A stretch of DNA of 64,000 nt, taken from positions 12,755,332 to 12,819,331 of the forward strand of contig NC_057754.1 in NCBI RefSeq assembly GCF_004010195.1, read 5' to 3'. The position numbers and the translations under genes were made by a program. Origin of the DNA: Chiloscyllium plagiosum (lineage: Eukaryota). The notes below the pieces were generated by a model. It searched no databases. It was not told where the DNA came from and was given only the letters and a program-made list of their open reading frames with translations. Below, piece by piece: positions 46,421 to 60,450 of this stretch (the stretch's first letter is position 1; each line of letters starts with the position of its first letter).

Positions 46421-48329
46421 ATCTGCATGCCCCATGAATGAAATCTAGAATATTGACCCGTATTAACTACTCTCTATGTACATAGAAACAGGAGTCACCC
46501 ATTCAGCCACTCAAACCTGTTCTACCATTTAATGAGATTATGGCTGATCTGCACCATGACTCCATATGCCTCTTTGGCCAATATCCCTCCCCCTCCCCCT
46601 AAATCCCTCACCGCTCCCTCTACAAATCTTCATCTCTTTGGTAAATGAAGAAGAATCTAACTCAGATTTTAAAATGACCACGAAACTAGCATCCACCCAT
46701 TGTATCCTACATGTCCTGCAAGTTTTAAATGACTTCTGTGTATGTTCACCTGATCTCCTTTATTTTATATTGTTTTTCTGTGGTCTTGATGCCAAAGTGC
46801 ATAACCTCACACCTCCACGCATTCATCTTCATCTGCGACCTATCCATGCACTCCACCAACTTGTCAATAACCTTTTGAAATTTACTCCTGTCCTCTTCAC
46901 CGTTCACAATTATCTAAAGTTGCGTGTTGCCCACAAACCTTGAAACTGAGTCCTGCAAAACAAGATCTGGATCCTTTGTGTGTATTTTAAAAAATAAATA
47001 TTACTCCCAATTACAGATCCATGCAGACGTTCACAACAAATTATTCTCTCGAACTCTGTTTCCTATCTCTCAGTCAATGCTGTTTCCACATTATGTCCGT
47101 TTTTTTTGTTCCCAGATTTATAACTTGCCACAAAAGACTTTTTCGTGGCAGCGTCCTGAGTATCTTTTTGGAAATTAACTGTCTTGCCATCATCAAACCT
47201 ATTACCTCTTCAAATAAAGATCAGGAAGGAATGACTGAGAATTATTGAAAAAAGAAAGCTACCTAGAAGTCAACATACCAGAATCAACTATAAACCTGGA
47301 TGTGACACAAAAGGACGGATCAAAAAGAATTCCATTCAGAATAATGAAGTGAAAAAGATTAGAACTGAAATTGGCAAGTCCGAAGGTCCTAATGGATTGC
47401 ATCATTGATCTTAAACAGAATGACAACTAAGGTGGACGATTATTGATTTTAACCTTTCTAAAATGCCCAAGATGCCAGAACAGACCCGCCACACTAAAAA
47501 TCATTGAAATAATTCTACGTTGAAGTAAGGGAAGAGACAGAAAGCATGAAATTACAGGCCAGAGGAAAATTGCAGGAAGAACTTGCAAAAATTATTGTGG
47601 AGTACTTGAAGAATCTCAATTCAAGCTGGTCCATGCTAACATAGCTTTGTGAACTGGGTATCATGTTTGACGGGACTTTGCCAGTGTTTGTTGAGTAGGC
47701 ATCAAGCATTTGTAGGAAAGAGGAACTTGTGAATATATTTCAATTTGCAGAAGGTGATTGAAAGGCGCTGCAATTTGGTTACTCTGAAAAATAACAGCTG
47801 AGAAGGTAGAATGGTTTAGATAACAGCATATGTAACAGCAAACCAGAAACAGAAAGAAAGTATAAATGGTTCATCTTTGCGTAGGCAATCTGAAGGTTGT
47901 GTATTGCGAAAGAGATCATTCTGAGGCTCAACTGTGGCTCCTTGTCACTTCCTTACTTATTTTTTCTGTTGAAGAGGGTATTCACTGTGTTGTCAGAAAA
48001 CATAACATTATACAGGTCACAAGGAAACCAATCACTACTAGTTGCAATGTAATAGGAAGATTACTTTGTTTAAATGCTGTAAGTTCCTGCTGAACACTCC
48101 ATATGCAATCAATAATAAGTGACATGCTGAATTGATGACCAGCTGATGCGGAATTTTCCGAGTAGCGGTAAGGACCTGTTACTCTGTTTCCTGCCTTGTC
48201 AATAACAAGTGAACAGGCTGCACCGCGAGGCAGGCATAGTGAGAGAGAACCACTCCGTCTCTTGTACTGAGGCTCCAGTGGGTGACTGTTTAATCACTGG
48301 GAAAAGAGGAGGGGTTAGTAGGTTTGCAG

Positions 48330-48950
48330 AAATTTATGGAAATGTAAATGAGAGGATAATGCAGATATGGGCGACTGGGCGTAACACGAATATAAGGGGA
48401 ATGGTGAATATTAAAATGGGAGTATGGTGAAAATAGGGGAGGGGATAATGTGAACACAGGAGGAGGATTTAATGGAGATAAAGGAGTGGGCATAATGAGG
48501 ACATCTATTAGTTTAATGGAAATATGGGGGCTATATTGGGAATAGAGGGCGAGGGGAATAGACGGGAATATGGGATTGTTTAATATGAATATGGGGGAAG
48601 GTTTAATAGAAGGGGATAATGCGAGTATGGGGGAGTGGATAATGGGAATACAGGGGAGGGATAATGGGAATATGGAGGAGCAATGATGGGAACATGGGGG
48701 GAAGGAGATAATGGGAACTTAGGCGAAATGTTAAAATGAAAATATAGAGGAATGGTAAAGAGAAATATAGGGCAGGGGATAATATGAATATGGCAGTGAG
48801 GGTATCATGGAGACATGGGGGAGGTGTTAATGAGAAACATAGAGGGAGCTGAATTTAGGAACATAGGAGAAGGGGTGAATGGGAATATGGGGAAGGAACA
48901 ATGGAAATATAGGGTCGAGAGGATAGTATGAATATTGGGGGCAGGGAAAG
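48330..48950. repeat. Degenerate purine-rich ~21-bp minisatellite (ggataatgggaatatggggga-like)
   Basis: Recurrent aatgggaatatgggg units seen directly. Confidence 0.8.
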
Positions 48951-51564
48951 CATGGACGGAATTGGTGACAGTAGGTAGCATGAGCCCACTAACCGCAGCC
49001 CTGTGGTGCTGGGAACCATCCAAGATGCGGGAGAGAAGAGAAATGTAGTAGCAATTGGGGATAGTACAGTTAGGGACATAAACACTGTTCTCTGTAATCA
49101 GGATCGAGAGTCATGAAGATTGCATTGCCTACTTGCTGCTTAGGTTTGGGATATTTCATCTTAACAACAGAGGAACTTGGAGTGGGAGCGTAAAGATCTA
49201 ATTGTCGAGGTCCACGTAGGTACAAACGGCCTAGAAAGAACTAAGACAGAGTTTCTACTAAGGAAGTATGAACAGCTCAGGGGTTAAAATAAAAAGGAGA
49301 ACCAAAAAGGTAATAACCTTGTGATTACTAGGCGAAAGTGAGGACTGCAGATGCTGGAGATTAAGGAGCTCTGATGAAGCTGCTCCTCGGATGCTGACTG
49401 ACCTGCTGTGCATTTTGTGCACCACTCTAAACTTGATCTTTGCATGACTGCCTAAGCTACGAGCTAATTGACAGAGGGTCAATAAGATTAAGCAGGTAAC
49501 AGTGTGGATTAAATATTAATGTAGAAAATAGGAGAAGTCTCTTTCCTGGGGTTAGGGTGTCCAGAGGTGGAGGGCACAGGTTTAGTTTGAGAGGAAAACA
49601 TTTTAAATGGATTGCATATCCTTTTCACACAAAGGGTATGCAATCAGCTGCCAGAGGAATGGGTGGAGGCTGGTACAATTACAGCATTTCAAAGATATCC
49701 TTGTGGGTATATGAACTGGAAGAGATTAGATGGATAGGGGCCAAGTGCTGGCAAATTAGACGCGATGAATTTAGGATATCTGGTCGGCATAGACGAGTTG
49801 AACAATGGGTCTGTTTCCATGCGGTACATCTCTACGACTTTATGACTATAAATAGGTTTGAACTTATGGGACGTTGGCACAAGTACTGGGAAAGAAGAGA
49901 CATCTTCCAATGGGATGGTCTTCATCTGAATCGTGCTGGGATCAGATTTCTCGTGAATTGCATTGTTATTGGCTGAATAAAGGGCTTTGGACTAAATTGT
50001 GGTTGGCGGGGTTGGGGGAGATATGGAGTTGTGCAGGGAAGGGTTCAGTCGATCAGGAAGTTAGAAAACTCCAAATAAAGGAGGAGGTAAGAGTACCGGT
50101 TAGTGACGTGGCAGGTGGTTACGAAACAATAAAGGTGAGGGACAGAACAGGTGAATGTCTTTAATCACAAAGGAACTACAAAAACATTGGGAAATTTACT
50201 CGTAGGACGAAATTAAAAGCTTCTGATTTCGAAAATGATAAAATATTCAAAACGAAATTAATGAAATAATGGTGCAAATAGAAACAAAAGCGTACAATTT
50301 GGTAATGATTACTGAGGTATGGTTGCAAAAGGACCAAGTCTGGGATATCGATACTAAAGATTACTCAGTATTTCAGAAAGATGGACAGAAAGGAAAAGGA
50401 GATGCTACAGCTTTGCTGGTGAAGGAAGGATCAGTGCTGTAATGAGAAATGACATAAGCATGGGAGATCAATGTGTGAAATAAAAGAATGTAGGAATAAG
50501 AAATAGCAAAGGGAAGAAGTACTTGATAGAAATAAATTGGATGCGAAGGTTAAAGTAAGATAACAGATGAGCAGTGGCAGTTGTTTAAGGACCTACCCAA
50601 TTCCCCACAACTAGAAAATATCCTGGTAAGGGAGAAAGATATTAATATCCAAGGCTAAACATAAAGAACAATATAAAGTGTAAAACTAAAGTGTAGCATA
50701 TTGCAAAGGCCAGTAGCAGCCAGGAAAATTGAGAAACACTAAAACATAAGCAAAGGGATATTGTAAAAAAAAAGAGCGAAGATGAATTACATAAGAAAAC
50801 TAGCACAACAAAAGGGTAACAAAAGTTTCTGTCAGAATCCAAAAGGAAAGAGAGTTGCAATGTTGGTTCCTTGGAAGGTGAAACGGGAAAGTTAATAGTG
50901 AACAATACTGTGATGGAAGAGATGTTAAATTAATACTTTGCCTCAATTTTCATGGTTTAGGACAACAGTATCACTTCTACTGGAATGGATAAGTCAGAGC
51001 CAATAGAAATGGTAGAACTTACAACGATCCACATTGATAAGGAAAACGATACTAAAAAATCTATTAGGATTAAGACCAGACAAGACCTCCGGGCTTGATG
51101 GTCTACATCCTATATTATTAAAGGAAGTGCCCATGGAGATAACGGATCCATGTGTTAGACTATTCCTAAGCTCCCTTGACATGGCAACGGTTCCAGTGGA
51201 TTGGAAGAATGTTAACACAATGTTAATGTAACACACTTATTCAAAAAGGGAAGGAGGCAATGTGTAGAAAATTACGGACAAGTTAGTTCAACATCTGTTG
51301 TTGGGATTGTGTTAGAATCAATTACCAAGGAAGCAATATTAAAATATTTGGAAATTCCAAACGCTATCCATCAGATTCAGCATGATTTTATGATGGGCAA
51401 ATAATATTTGACTAATTTGCTGGATTTCTTTGAATATGAAAAGTAACGAGTGAGTAATGGGGATTCTGCAGATGTAATGTTTGTAGACTTCCAGAACGCA
51501 TTTGATAAGATGTTGCACAAAAGGTTAATTCATAAGATTGGATCATATGGATTAATTTCAAAGA

Positions 51565-51775
51565 TTTGGCGCTGGGAAAGTGCTGCAGGTCAGCCAGCAT
51601 CCGAGGAATAGAGAGTTGGCGTTTCGGGCATAAACCCTTCATCAGCCCTCCTGATGCAGGACTTACCTTTGAAATATCGACTCTCCTACTACTCGGGTGC
51701 TGCCTGATCTCGTATGCTTTTCCAGCCCGACACCTTTCGACTTTGATCTTCGGAATCTGCAGTCCTCAGTTTTTC
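51565..51775. mobile_element. Older inverted pair of family-1 Penelope-associated elements
   Basis: gtttcgggcataaacccttcatcag (minus core, 51621-51645) back-to-back with ctgatgcaggacttacctttgaaatatcgactctcc (plus, degenerate). Confidence 0.75.
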
Positions 51776-52672
51776 ACGTATGGGAATAAAAATAATTTAC
51801 TTGCTTGCATAGGTGACTGGCTGATGGACAGAAGATAGAGTTGGGATAATTGTTTCTTTTCCGGATGTCAAACAATAACTAATGCCGTGAAATAGGACTC
51901 GGTGCTTGAACTCTCGATATTCACAATCTACATTAAGACTTGGATACAGGAAGAGAAGGCTCTGTAGCTAAATTTGCAGATGACACAAAAGTACGTGGGG
52001 CGATAAATTGCAATGAGCAAACAAGAAACTTACAAATGAATGTTGATAGGTTAAGAAAATGGGCCAAAATATGGCAGATGGAGTTTAAGGGAGGTTGATG
52101 CATTTTTCTCGAAAAAAATGGAAAGTTGATCTCTTATCTAAAGTTGGGTGAGACCTCGAGGTGCTGTGATACAAAGGGATCTGGGTGCCTTCGTTCCTGA
52201 GTCAAAGAAAACTAGATGCAGTTACAGCCGATACCAAAGAAAGCAAATGCAATGTTGACTTTTATAGCTATAAACGTAAGGAAAGATTAGTGCAACTATA
52301 TGATGCACTGGTGAGACTGATCCTGCAGAATTGTGCACTATTTTAGTCTCTTTATTTGAGGAAAACGCATAGTGGCATTGGAGACATTCAGATGTGGCTC
52401 ACCAGATTGATTCCAGGATTGAGGGATTTGTCATATGAAGAGAGATTGAACAGTTTAGGCCTCTACTCTCTCGAATTTAGAAAAATAAGTGGATATCAAA
52501 TTAAGGTGTTCAAGATGATTAAAGATATGGATAAAATAAACACGTCATTGATGCTTCCTCTTGTGTTCAAGATGATTAAAGGTATGGACCAATATACATG
52601 ACTTTGATGCTTCCTCTTGTGCGACATTCTAGGACGAGAAGTCATGGTCTTAAGATAAGGGGTAGCAAGCTC

Positions 52673-52937
52673 AGATTACATTCAGTGTGGAAGCAGGTCC
52701 TTCAGGCCAACAAGTCCACAATGTCCCTCCGAAGAGCAGCCCACCCAGACCCATTTCCCTCTGACTAGCACTACGGACAATTCACCTATTCTGCACGTTT
52801 ATTTTTGGTCTGTGGGAGGAAACCAGAGCAGCTGGAGAATGCGAAAATTCGAAATAGACAGTTGCCCGAGGTGGGAATTGAACGCGGGTCTCTGGTATTG
52901 TAAGTACAGCAGTGCTAACCACTGCCACCGGGCCGCA
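52673..52937 (-). mobile_element. HE1-like SINE
   Basis: gggaattgaacgcgggtc...cagcagtgctaaccactg is the reverse complement of the SINE head. Confidence 0.85.
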
Positions 52938-53539
52938 CATTTAAAGCCAAGTTAAGGAGGAACTACGTCTCCCAAAGAGAAGTGAATCTGTGGAGTTCGC
53001 TACTCTGTAGTGTATTGCATGCTGGGACACTGAGCAAGTTTAAGGATGACTTAGACACACTTTGAATTGGTAATGGTTATTGAAGGGTCACAGCGAGAAG
53101 GCAGGAAAATTGTAGTGGGGAGCATGTCAGCCATGATCGATTGGTAGATCAGAATCGATGGTTTGAATACTCTAATTCTACTCTGACAAATTATGACACT
53201 TCTTGAGGCCCAGAGTCAATGTTGAGGACTCCCATAGCAACTCATTTCCAACTGCATGCCACTGTGCTTCACGTCTGCTTGTTCTGACCTTCCCATGATT
53301 CAGGACATATCTAGGGATGGTGCTTGTGGTGTCCAGCACATTATCTCTCAGATATGATTTTGGAGTAAGTCTCTGTCGGGCTGTTGTTTGAGCTGTCTGT
53401 AACACAGGTCTCCCAAGTTTGGCACTACGCCCTAGATGTTAGTAAGGACGATGTTGCAGAGGCAACATGTTTCTGCTGTTTGCTTTTTACAGTGCCTTGG
53501 TTGATGCCAGGTGATCCTGTTGGTAATTCTAAAGATTCC

Positions 53540-54915
53540 AGGCGGGTGTCAGCATTAACAGGGATTCCTGGGAATATGTCACTATTTCTGGGCGTTCCCA
53601 GTGAGTCTGTCAGTATTTACAGGGAGACCTGGAAATGTGTCAGTATTTTCAGAGGTTCCTGGGGAGTATGTCAACATTTACAAGGAGTCAAGGAGAATGT
53701 GTCAGTAATTACAGGGGGTTCGGGGGGCGGGGGGTGGCGTGCCAGTACTGACAAGGGATTCTAGGGAGTGCGCCAGTATTTACAAAGGTCCACGCAGAGT
53801 GTCAGTATTTAAACGGGGTCCCGGGGAGTGTGTCAGCATTTGCAGCATGGTATTGAGGGTATCACTATCTACAAGGAGTGTCACGGAGTGCATCACTATT
53901 TACAGAGGGTCCCAGAGAAAATGCCTGTAATTACAGGGGGTCACTATTTACAGGGGGTGTAAGGAATATGTCAATATGTATAGCGGGTACCAGGGAATGT
54001 GCCAGTATTTGTAGGATGTTTATGGAGTATATTAGCATTTAAAGCAGGTCCCAGGGAGTGCGCCACTATTTACAAAGCGTCTCAGGGAGTGTGGCAATAT
54101 TTCCATGTGGTCACGGTGAGTTTTTTCTGTATTTGCAGAGTATCTACGGAGTGAATCAGTATTTATTGGACATCCCGGAGGGTGTGTCACTATTTACACT
54201 TTGAACAGCGAGTGTGGCAGTATTTGCTTGAGGTCCCGGGGAGTGTGTCAGTATTTACAGGGGGTCCCGGGGATTGTGTCAATTTTTGCAGGGTGTCCCA
54301 GGAACATAGAACATTACAGCACAGTACAGGCCCTTCGGCCCTCGATGTTGCGCCGCCCTGTCATACTAATCTGAAGCCCATCCCACCTACACTATTCTAT
54401 GTACGTCCATTTGCAAGTCTAATGACGACTTAAATGCACTTAAACTTGGCGAATCTACTACCGATGCAGGCAAAGCATTCCATACCCTTACTACTCTCTG
54501 CATAAAGAAACTACCTCTGACATTTGTCTTATACTTATTTCCCCTCACTTTAAAGTTGCGTCCCCTCGTGTTTGCCGTCCCCATACTTGGAAAAAGGCTC
54601 TCCCTGTGCACCCTATCTAAGCCGCTGATTATCTTGTATGTCTCTATTAAGTCACCTCTCTACCTTCTTCTCTCTAACGAGAACAGCCTCAAGGCCCCCA
54701 GCCTTTCCTCGTAAGACATTCCTTCCATACGAGGCAACATCCTAGTAAATCTCCTCTGCACCCTTTCCAAAGCTTCCACATCCTTCTTATAATGCGTAAC
54801 ATGATGCATTTACAGGGGATCAGGGGGTTGTGGCATTATTTACAGGCGGACCTGGGGAGTGTACTGGGATTTGTAGCAGGTCCCGAGGGAGTGTGTCACT
54901 ATTTACAGAATTGCA
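53540..54915. repeat. Degenerate ~31-bp minisatellite (gtgtcagtatttacagggggtcccggggagt-like), interrupted by a CR1 3' fragment
   Basis: Recurrent cagtatttacag/cactatttacag with ~31-bp period from 53540 to 54300, resuming at ~54800. Confidence 0.88.
54301..54797 (-). mobile_element. CR1 3' fragment
   Basis: ORF 54387-54611 (TRGRNFK..FFMQRVVRVWNALP); gaacatagaacat tail. Confidence 0.92.
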
Positions 54916-55132
54916 CACAATATTGTAAAAATGACCGAACCAAAGCGCTGCACAGCTGCCTCTCCTAATTTTCGAGGTGCATGTTATGCTTTTTAAAGCA
55001 ATGGATTTTATCTTGACTTCTGTTGATGCTCCTGAACAATTTCTTAAACTGTACTTTCTCAGGTGCATTAAATTAGCTGTAGCTCCGCTGCTCATTTTAA
55101 ATAAAAAGACCTTTTCTCATAACTCCCTATAA

Positions 55133-55460
55133 GGGTGGCATGATGGCTCAGCAGTTAGTACTGCTACCTCACAGCCCCAGGCACCCTGGTTTAATTCCCA
55201 CATCGGGCAACTGTCTGTGTGGAGTTTAAACATTCTCCCCGTGCCTACGTGGCTTTCCTCCGTGTGCTCTGATTTCCTCCCACAGTCTAAAGATGTGCAA
55301 GGAAGGTGAATTGGCCATGCTAAATTGCCTGTAGTGTTAGGTGGATTAGTCAGGAGTAAATGCAAGGGATATGGGTCTGGGTGGGGTGCCCTTCGGAGGG
55401 TGGATGTGAACATTTGGGCCGAAGAGCCTGTTTCCACACTGTAGGTAATCTAATCTAATC
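55133..55460 (+). mobile_element. HE1-like SINE
   Basis: Same head, body and (taatc)n tail as 31388-31687. Confidence 0.92.
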
Positions 55461-55839
55461 CTTCCTGTGCATAGGCTGACTGACTTTACAAGGCAAGACC
55501 TGTTGAGACAGAATTACACACTTCCAGAGAAAACACTTGGAATCTCCAAAGTGATCTCTTAGCCATTGGTTTATTCTACTAAACCTGGAGATTGTCCAGC
55601 AGTTTAACTTCACCAATGACTGTTGCTGCACCATGCACGATATCCTAACATTTTCTGTACCCACTGTTTTCTGTAATTCACCAAATTAAAACGATGGCAG
55701 TAAAATTAGAATAACCTTGCCCTGTCTGATATGATTATCCTGTGACACCACCATTCGAGATCATTTAAAATTGTATTTTGCGAAAATTTACAAATTATTT
55801 TTTATCATTTGGGTGGTCGTTATTACAATGGAGATTTAT

Positions 55840-56742
55840 ACTCGTAGAGATGTACTGCACGGAAACAGATCCTTTGCTCCAACTCATCCATGCCGGTCAG
55901 ATATCCTAACCTAATCTGGTTCCATTTATCAGCACTTGGCCTATATCCCTCAAAACCCTTTCTACTCGTGGTCATATCCAAATGCATTTTAAATGCTGTA
56001 ATTGTACCAGCCTCCACCACTTCTTTGGCAGTTCATTTAATGTATCCACCAACCACGGGTGAAAACGTTGTCCCTTAGGTCCCTTCTCATATCTTTCCCC
56101 TCTCAGCCGAAACCTATTCCCACGACATCCGGACTTTTCCACTCCAGCAAGAAAAAAGCTTTGCCTACATATCCCATCCATGGCTCTCATGACTAAAACA
56201 AACTTCGATAAATGCACCCCTCAGTCTCATAGGCTGCAGGGAAAGCAGCCCCAACCTATTCAGCCTCTCCCTATAGCTCAAAATCTCCAATCCTGGCAGC
56301 ATCCTTGTAAATCTTTTCTGAGATTTCACAAGTTTCACAACATTATTCCGATAGGAAGTAGGCCAGAATTGCACCCAATATTCCAAACGTGGCCTAACCA
56401 ACGTCTTGTGCAGCCGTATCGTGACATCCCCACTCCGATAGAGAATGCTCTGACCAATAAAGGAATGCATACTAAATGCCTTCCTCAGTATCCTGTCTAC
56501 TTGCGACTCCACTTGCAAGGAACTATGAACCTGCACTCCAAAGTCTCCTTGTTCACTCCCTAGACCTTTGCATTACGTCCTGCTCTGATTGACTTTTCCA
56601 AAATGCAGAACCTTGCATGTATCTAAATTAAACTCCATCTGCCACTCCTCGGCTCATTTGCCCATCTGAACAAAATCCGTTTATACCCTGAGTTAAACTT
56701 CGCTGTCCACAACACCTCCAATTTTGATGTCATCTGCAAACT
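55840..56742 (-). mobile_element. 5'-truncated CR1
   Basis: ORF 56165-56536 (LVRPRLEYWVQFW, SYRERLNRLGL). Confidence 0.92.
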
Positions 56743-56934
56743 GTAATTGGTGTAACGAGTAATATATGATGGGCTTTATTAATACACAACAGTCATTGCA
56801 CATGGCAATTCAGAGTTAAACTTCGCTGTCCACAAGACCTCCAATTTTGATGTCATCTGCAAACTGTAATTGGTGTAACGAGTAATTATGATGGGCTTTA
56901 TTAATACACAACAGTCATTGCACATGGCAATTCA
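56690..56934. repeat. Near-perfect 123/122-bp tandem duplication
   Basis: 56690-56812 and 56813-56934 differ by about one substitution and one indel. Confidence 0.95.
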
Positions 56935-58899
56935 AGAGCAGGGTCATCTCTCTGCCTCTGTGGGTGTATAATATACGGAATTTTAATGATATTTAAATAT
57001 TCTAAATCAATTATACTCATTATACTGTGACTTGCGTTTATTTTCTCTAATTCACCCAGTTGTGGTTAGTGGTGCCAGATTTTTTTTTTGAAACGCATTC
57101 AGAGGATGTGGGTGTCCAATTGCGAACCTAATTATTTGGACTCAGATTATTCCGAAGAAGTACTGTGAGCTCTGCTGCATGATGTTTTCTGCAGTGGTGT
57201 TACTAATACTAAGGTTCATTTTTTGGTTCATTTTAAATATTTAATGTCCATTTTTCTTCTGCACCCTTCTCCACCCAATCACTTTCATTTTATCTTGTAT
57301 GAAGCCAGTTATATATTGAATATTTCTCCCTTTTGGTGGGAGAGCACGGGCCTGAAATGTTACTTTCATTCTCTCCGGACGTTGCGGTCACTTTAAGATA
57401 AAAGTACAATGACGAAACAGTGAGTGTATCTACCAAAGAGTGAACTGGCACTGCTCCAGAAATCCAATTCCGAAATCATTGCCTATTTTTACAGATCAAG
57501 AAATATTATGCTCAAACTAGGTTACCTTTCTCTGAGCCAATTGTTGAATTTTTATATTATCGGAGCAGGAGCTAGATTCCAACTCCAGGGAAGTGAATGT
57601 TGCTTATTGAGCCGGATGTGAGCAGTTAAAATGGATGTTTTACTGGCTTTTTAATCAGGCAGTTTGATGAATGAGCTCAAAGTAAAAGACACCATAAAAA
57701 AGTGTATTCAGGATCAGTGAGATCTTTGAGTATTTGTACACAGGTCTCAGGAAATGTTAGGAGGAGGTGAAGACATTTATTATGGACGAGACCAAACCCC
57801 CTCAAATTAAGTCAACGCGACAGCCTGGACTCTAACTTTTATATGAAAGGCATGCATAAGGTGCAGTGATTCAGATGTGATTCGATTGGTCGAACTATTG
57901 GGCTTTAAGTAAAGCATAGTTTATTTTTAAAGTGTTAACATACAAGCAAAAAAACTAACAAACAAAAATAAACTATTCAGCTGCAACCTCTAAACAGAAC
58001 TTTGGGAACGGCAAATTGAGCAAAAGAGTTGTTTGAATAAAACATGAACGATCATTCGGGATATGGCACAAAAACAAGGAGTTAATAATACTATTGTATA
58101 AAGTACTGATTACAACTCATTCTGGTAATTTTGCATATTTACCGGCCATCAGGAAAGACTTCAAGACCCTGATGGCGCTGCAGAAGACACTGCTAAGAAC
58201 TGTTTCAGCGATTTAGGAATTCAGATCTGTTTAAAGTAATTTCAGGGTGCTTTATTTAGAACAGAGAAAATGTAGGAGATTTACTTGGGTGTTTCAACCT
58301 CCTGAAGAAGGGCAATATGTTACACAACGATCTATTGTCACCCAAAAAGCACTGCCAGAAAGGGAAGTGGAAACAGATCCAATAGCAACTTTCAAAGAAT
58401 AATTTAATTATTCACAAAACATGAAATTAGTAGAATGGGAAAACCCCTCTAAAGCCCAGCCCAGTCACCATGGGCTGGAACTCTCCCCTCTCCTGCGCTG
58501 AACATTCTATGTTTCTGAAATAGACTGAGTTATCTCTCGTCCTCCGAGATCCTGTACCCAAAGTGGCAATGTAGCAGCGTCTCTTCCAGAAACTCCACAT
58601 CCTGGATCACACAACATTCTCCATTTTGCAAAATTTGACTTTCCATCCTACAGATTACTGTCAACTGCTGGAAACTGTACCCATGAGAAATACCTAACTG
58701 ATATACCTCAGGAAATAAAGAAGAAATTTATAGCTTTAAGATGGAGTTTGAATGCACTCTGAAAGCGCTCTCCCAGTTTCCTCGCACTCTGTAACTGAGT
58801 CTTCCTTTGAGCGGAGAAGAACTGTGCCCTATCTCTCCAGTATACGTATAGAAGTGGTACTGGAAGGATTTGGTGTATTGTAAGCCTTCAAGGATGTAG

Positions 58900-60450
58900 T
58901 CTCTCGAACAGTTCCTATGGATTGCAGGGCAGCAATGGATCCCTACTATTTTAGAAAATGACACAGAGAGAAAACAGAATTATAGACCTATTTGCCTGGC
59001 ATCAGAAATGATGAATTGCTGGAATCTATCATAAAGAATATAATGGCAGAGCACTTGTAGCATAGTGCTAGTATTGGACACAATCAGCATGGATTTAGTA
59101 AAGGGAAATTATGCTTGACAAATCTAGTGCAATGTTCTGAGATTTCTTGAATTTCTGATTAGGGGAAGGAGTGGATGGATTTTACTTGGAGTTTTAGAAG
59201 TCTTTCGATAAGGTCCCATGACAGGTGTTAGCAAGAGGAATTAAAGCACGTGATTGGGAACAATGTACTGACATGGACAGAAAACTGGTTGTCAGCCAAG
59301 AAAGATTGAACTGGTCTTTTTCTAAATGGCAGACAGTAGCAGGTAACAGTGTTTGGGCCGCATTTATGTATGCTAATAATTTAGAGGAAGCAGCTGGACG
59401 TAAAAATTCCCAAATTTGTACATGACAAATGGCTGAGTGGGAGTGAGAGGGCCGAGGTGAACAGTGAACAAGGCAAAGATATTCTTCAGTCCGATTGTGA
59501 CAAGTTGGGTGAGTGGGTAAATGCATGACAGGTGACGTATAATGTCGACAGATGCAAGTTTGTCCACTCTGGGAGAAAAACAGGAAGGTGGATTATTTTT
59601 TAAATGGTGATAGTTTGGGAAAAGGAGAGGTGCAACGAGACCTGCATGTCGTTGTACACCAGTCATGGAAAATAAGCATGCAGGAATAGCAGGGAGTGAA
59701 GAAGTGGTCAAATGTGAATGTGTCCCCTTTGGCACCAAACACGCGAAGTCAGTTTATTAACTTAATGATCCTAGCGTGGGAACAGTAGGGTATTTCAGTC
59801 AGAGCTGTTTATCCATGCCCATCGTTCGCTGAAAGCCACAGGCGGGGGCAGCAGGCTGTGTAGAAGGCACACGTTATGTTCACCTTCATAGTGAGAGGAT
59901 TCAAGTACAGCAGCAGAAATGAATTGCTGCAATTGTTCATGGCCCTGATGAGATCAGCCTGCAGTGTTTTGTGCAGTGTTGGTTTCCTTTATCTGAGATG
60001 ATGTTCTGGCTGCAGTGGTAGTATAAAGGTTTACCAGATTGATTCCTTTGAGGACAGCAAAGTTTAGCAAGAGAGGTTAGTTTGGTTAGTACGCTATTGG
60101 AATCTCATAACCTGCGAAAATCTAACTTGCTGAGACAGAGGAAACACAGGAAGGATGTTCCTGATCACCAGGCAGTCCAGAATCATGAATCACAGTCTGA
60201 GGATACAGGGTGGGTCATTGAGGACTGATATGATGAGAAATCTCTTCACCCAGCGAGAGTGAGCCTGTGGAATTCACTACCACAGAAAATAGGTAAGATC
60301 ACAGTATTGAAAGCTTCCATTCTTTCGGCTAAAGGATAATAGAGTAAGTGAGGAAAAGGAGAACAGGGGATTGAGTTAAATCATCAACCATCATTAAGTT
60401 AAATTGCTGAGCAGACATTGATGGGCTGAATGGACTCCTACTACTCATAT
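58900..60450 (+). mobile_element. Old, highly decayed CR1 (RT and 3' end)
   Basis: NYRPICL, QHGFSKGKLCLTNL, KSFDKVP remnants at 58975-59220; ttcttcacccag..gagcctgtggaattcactacc 3' region. Confidence 0.8.

Larger units (their letters stand above)
48951..53180 (+). mobile_element. Old long CR1-clade LINE (esterase ORF1 remnant, APE, RT, 3' end) with nested insertions
   Basis: ~49040 NVVAIGDSTVR and ~49210 VHVGTN (esterase); 51034-51231 DKTSGLDGLHP; KFADDTK at ~51970; YEERLNSLGLYSLEF. Nested: 49335-49435, 49530-49850, 51565-51775, 52673-52937. Confidence 0.88.

Noticed and set aside
47878..47910. aatctgaaggttgtg resembling elongator tRNA-Met
   Set aside because: Colinear with decayed CR1 RT sequence (the region encoding SGVPQGS).
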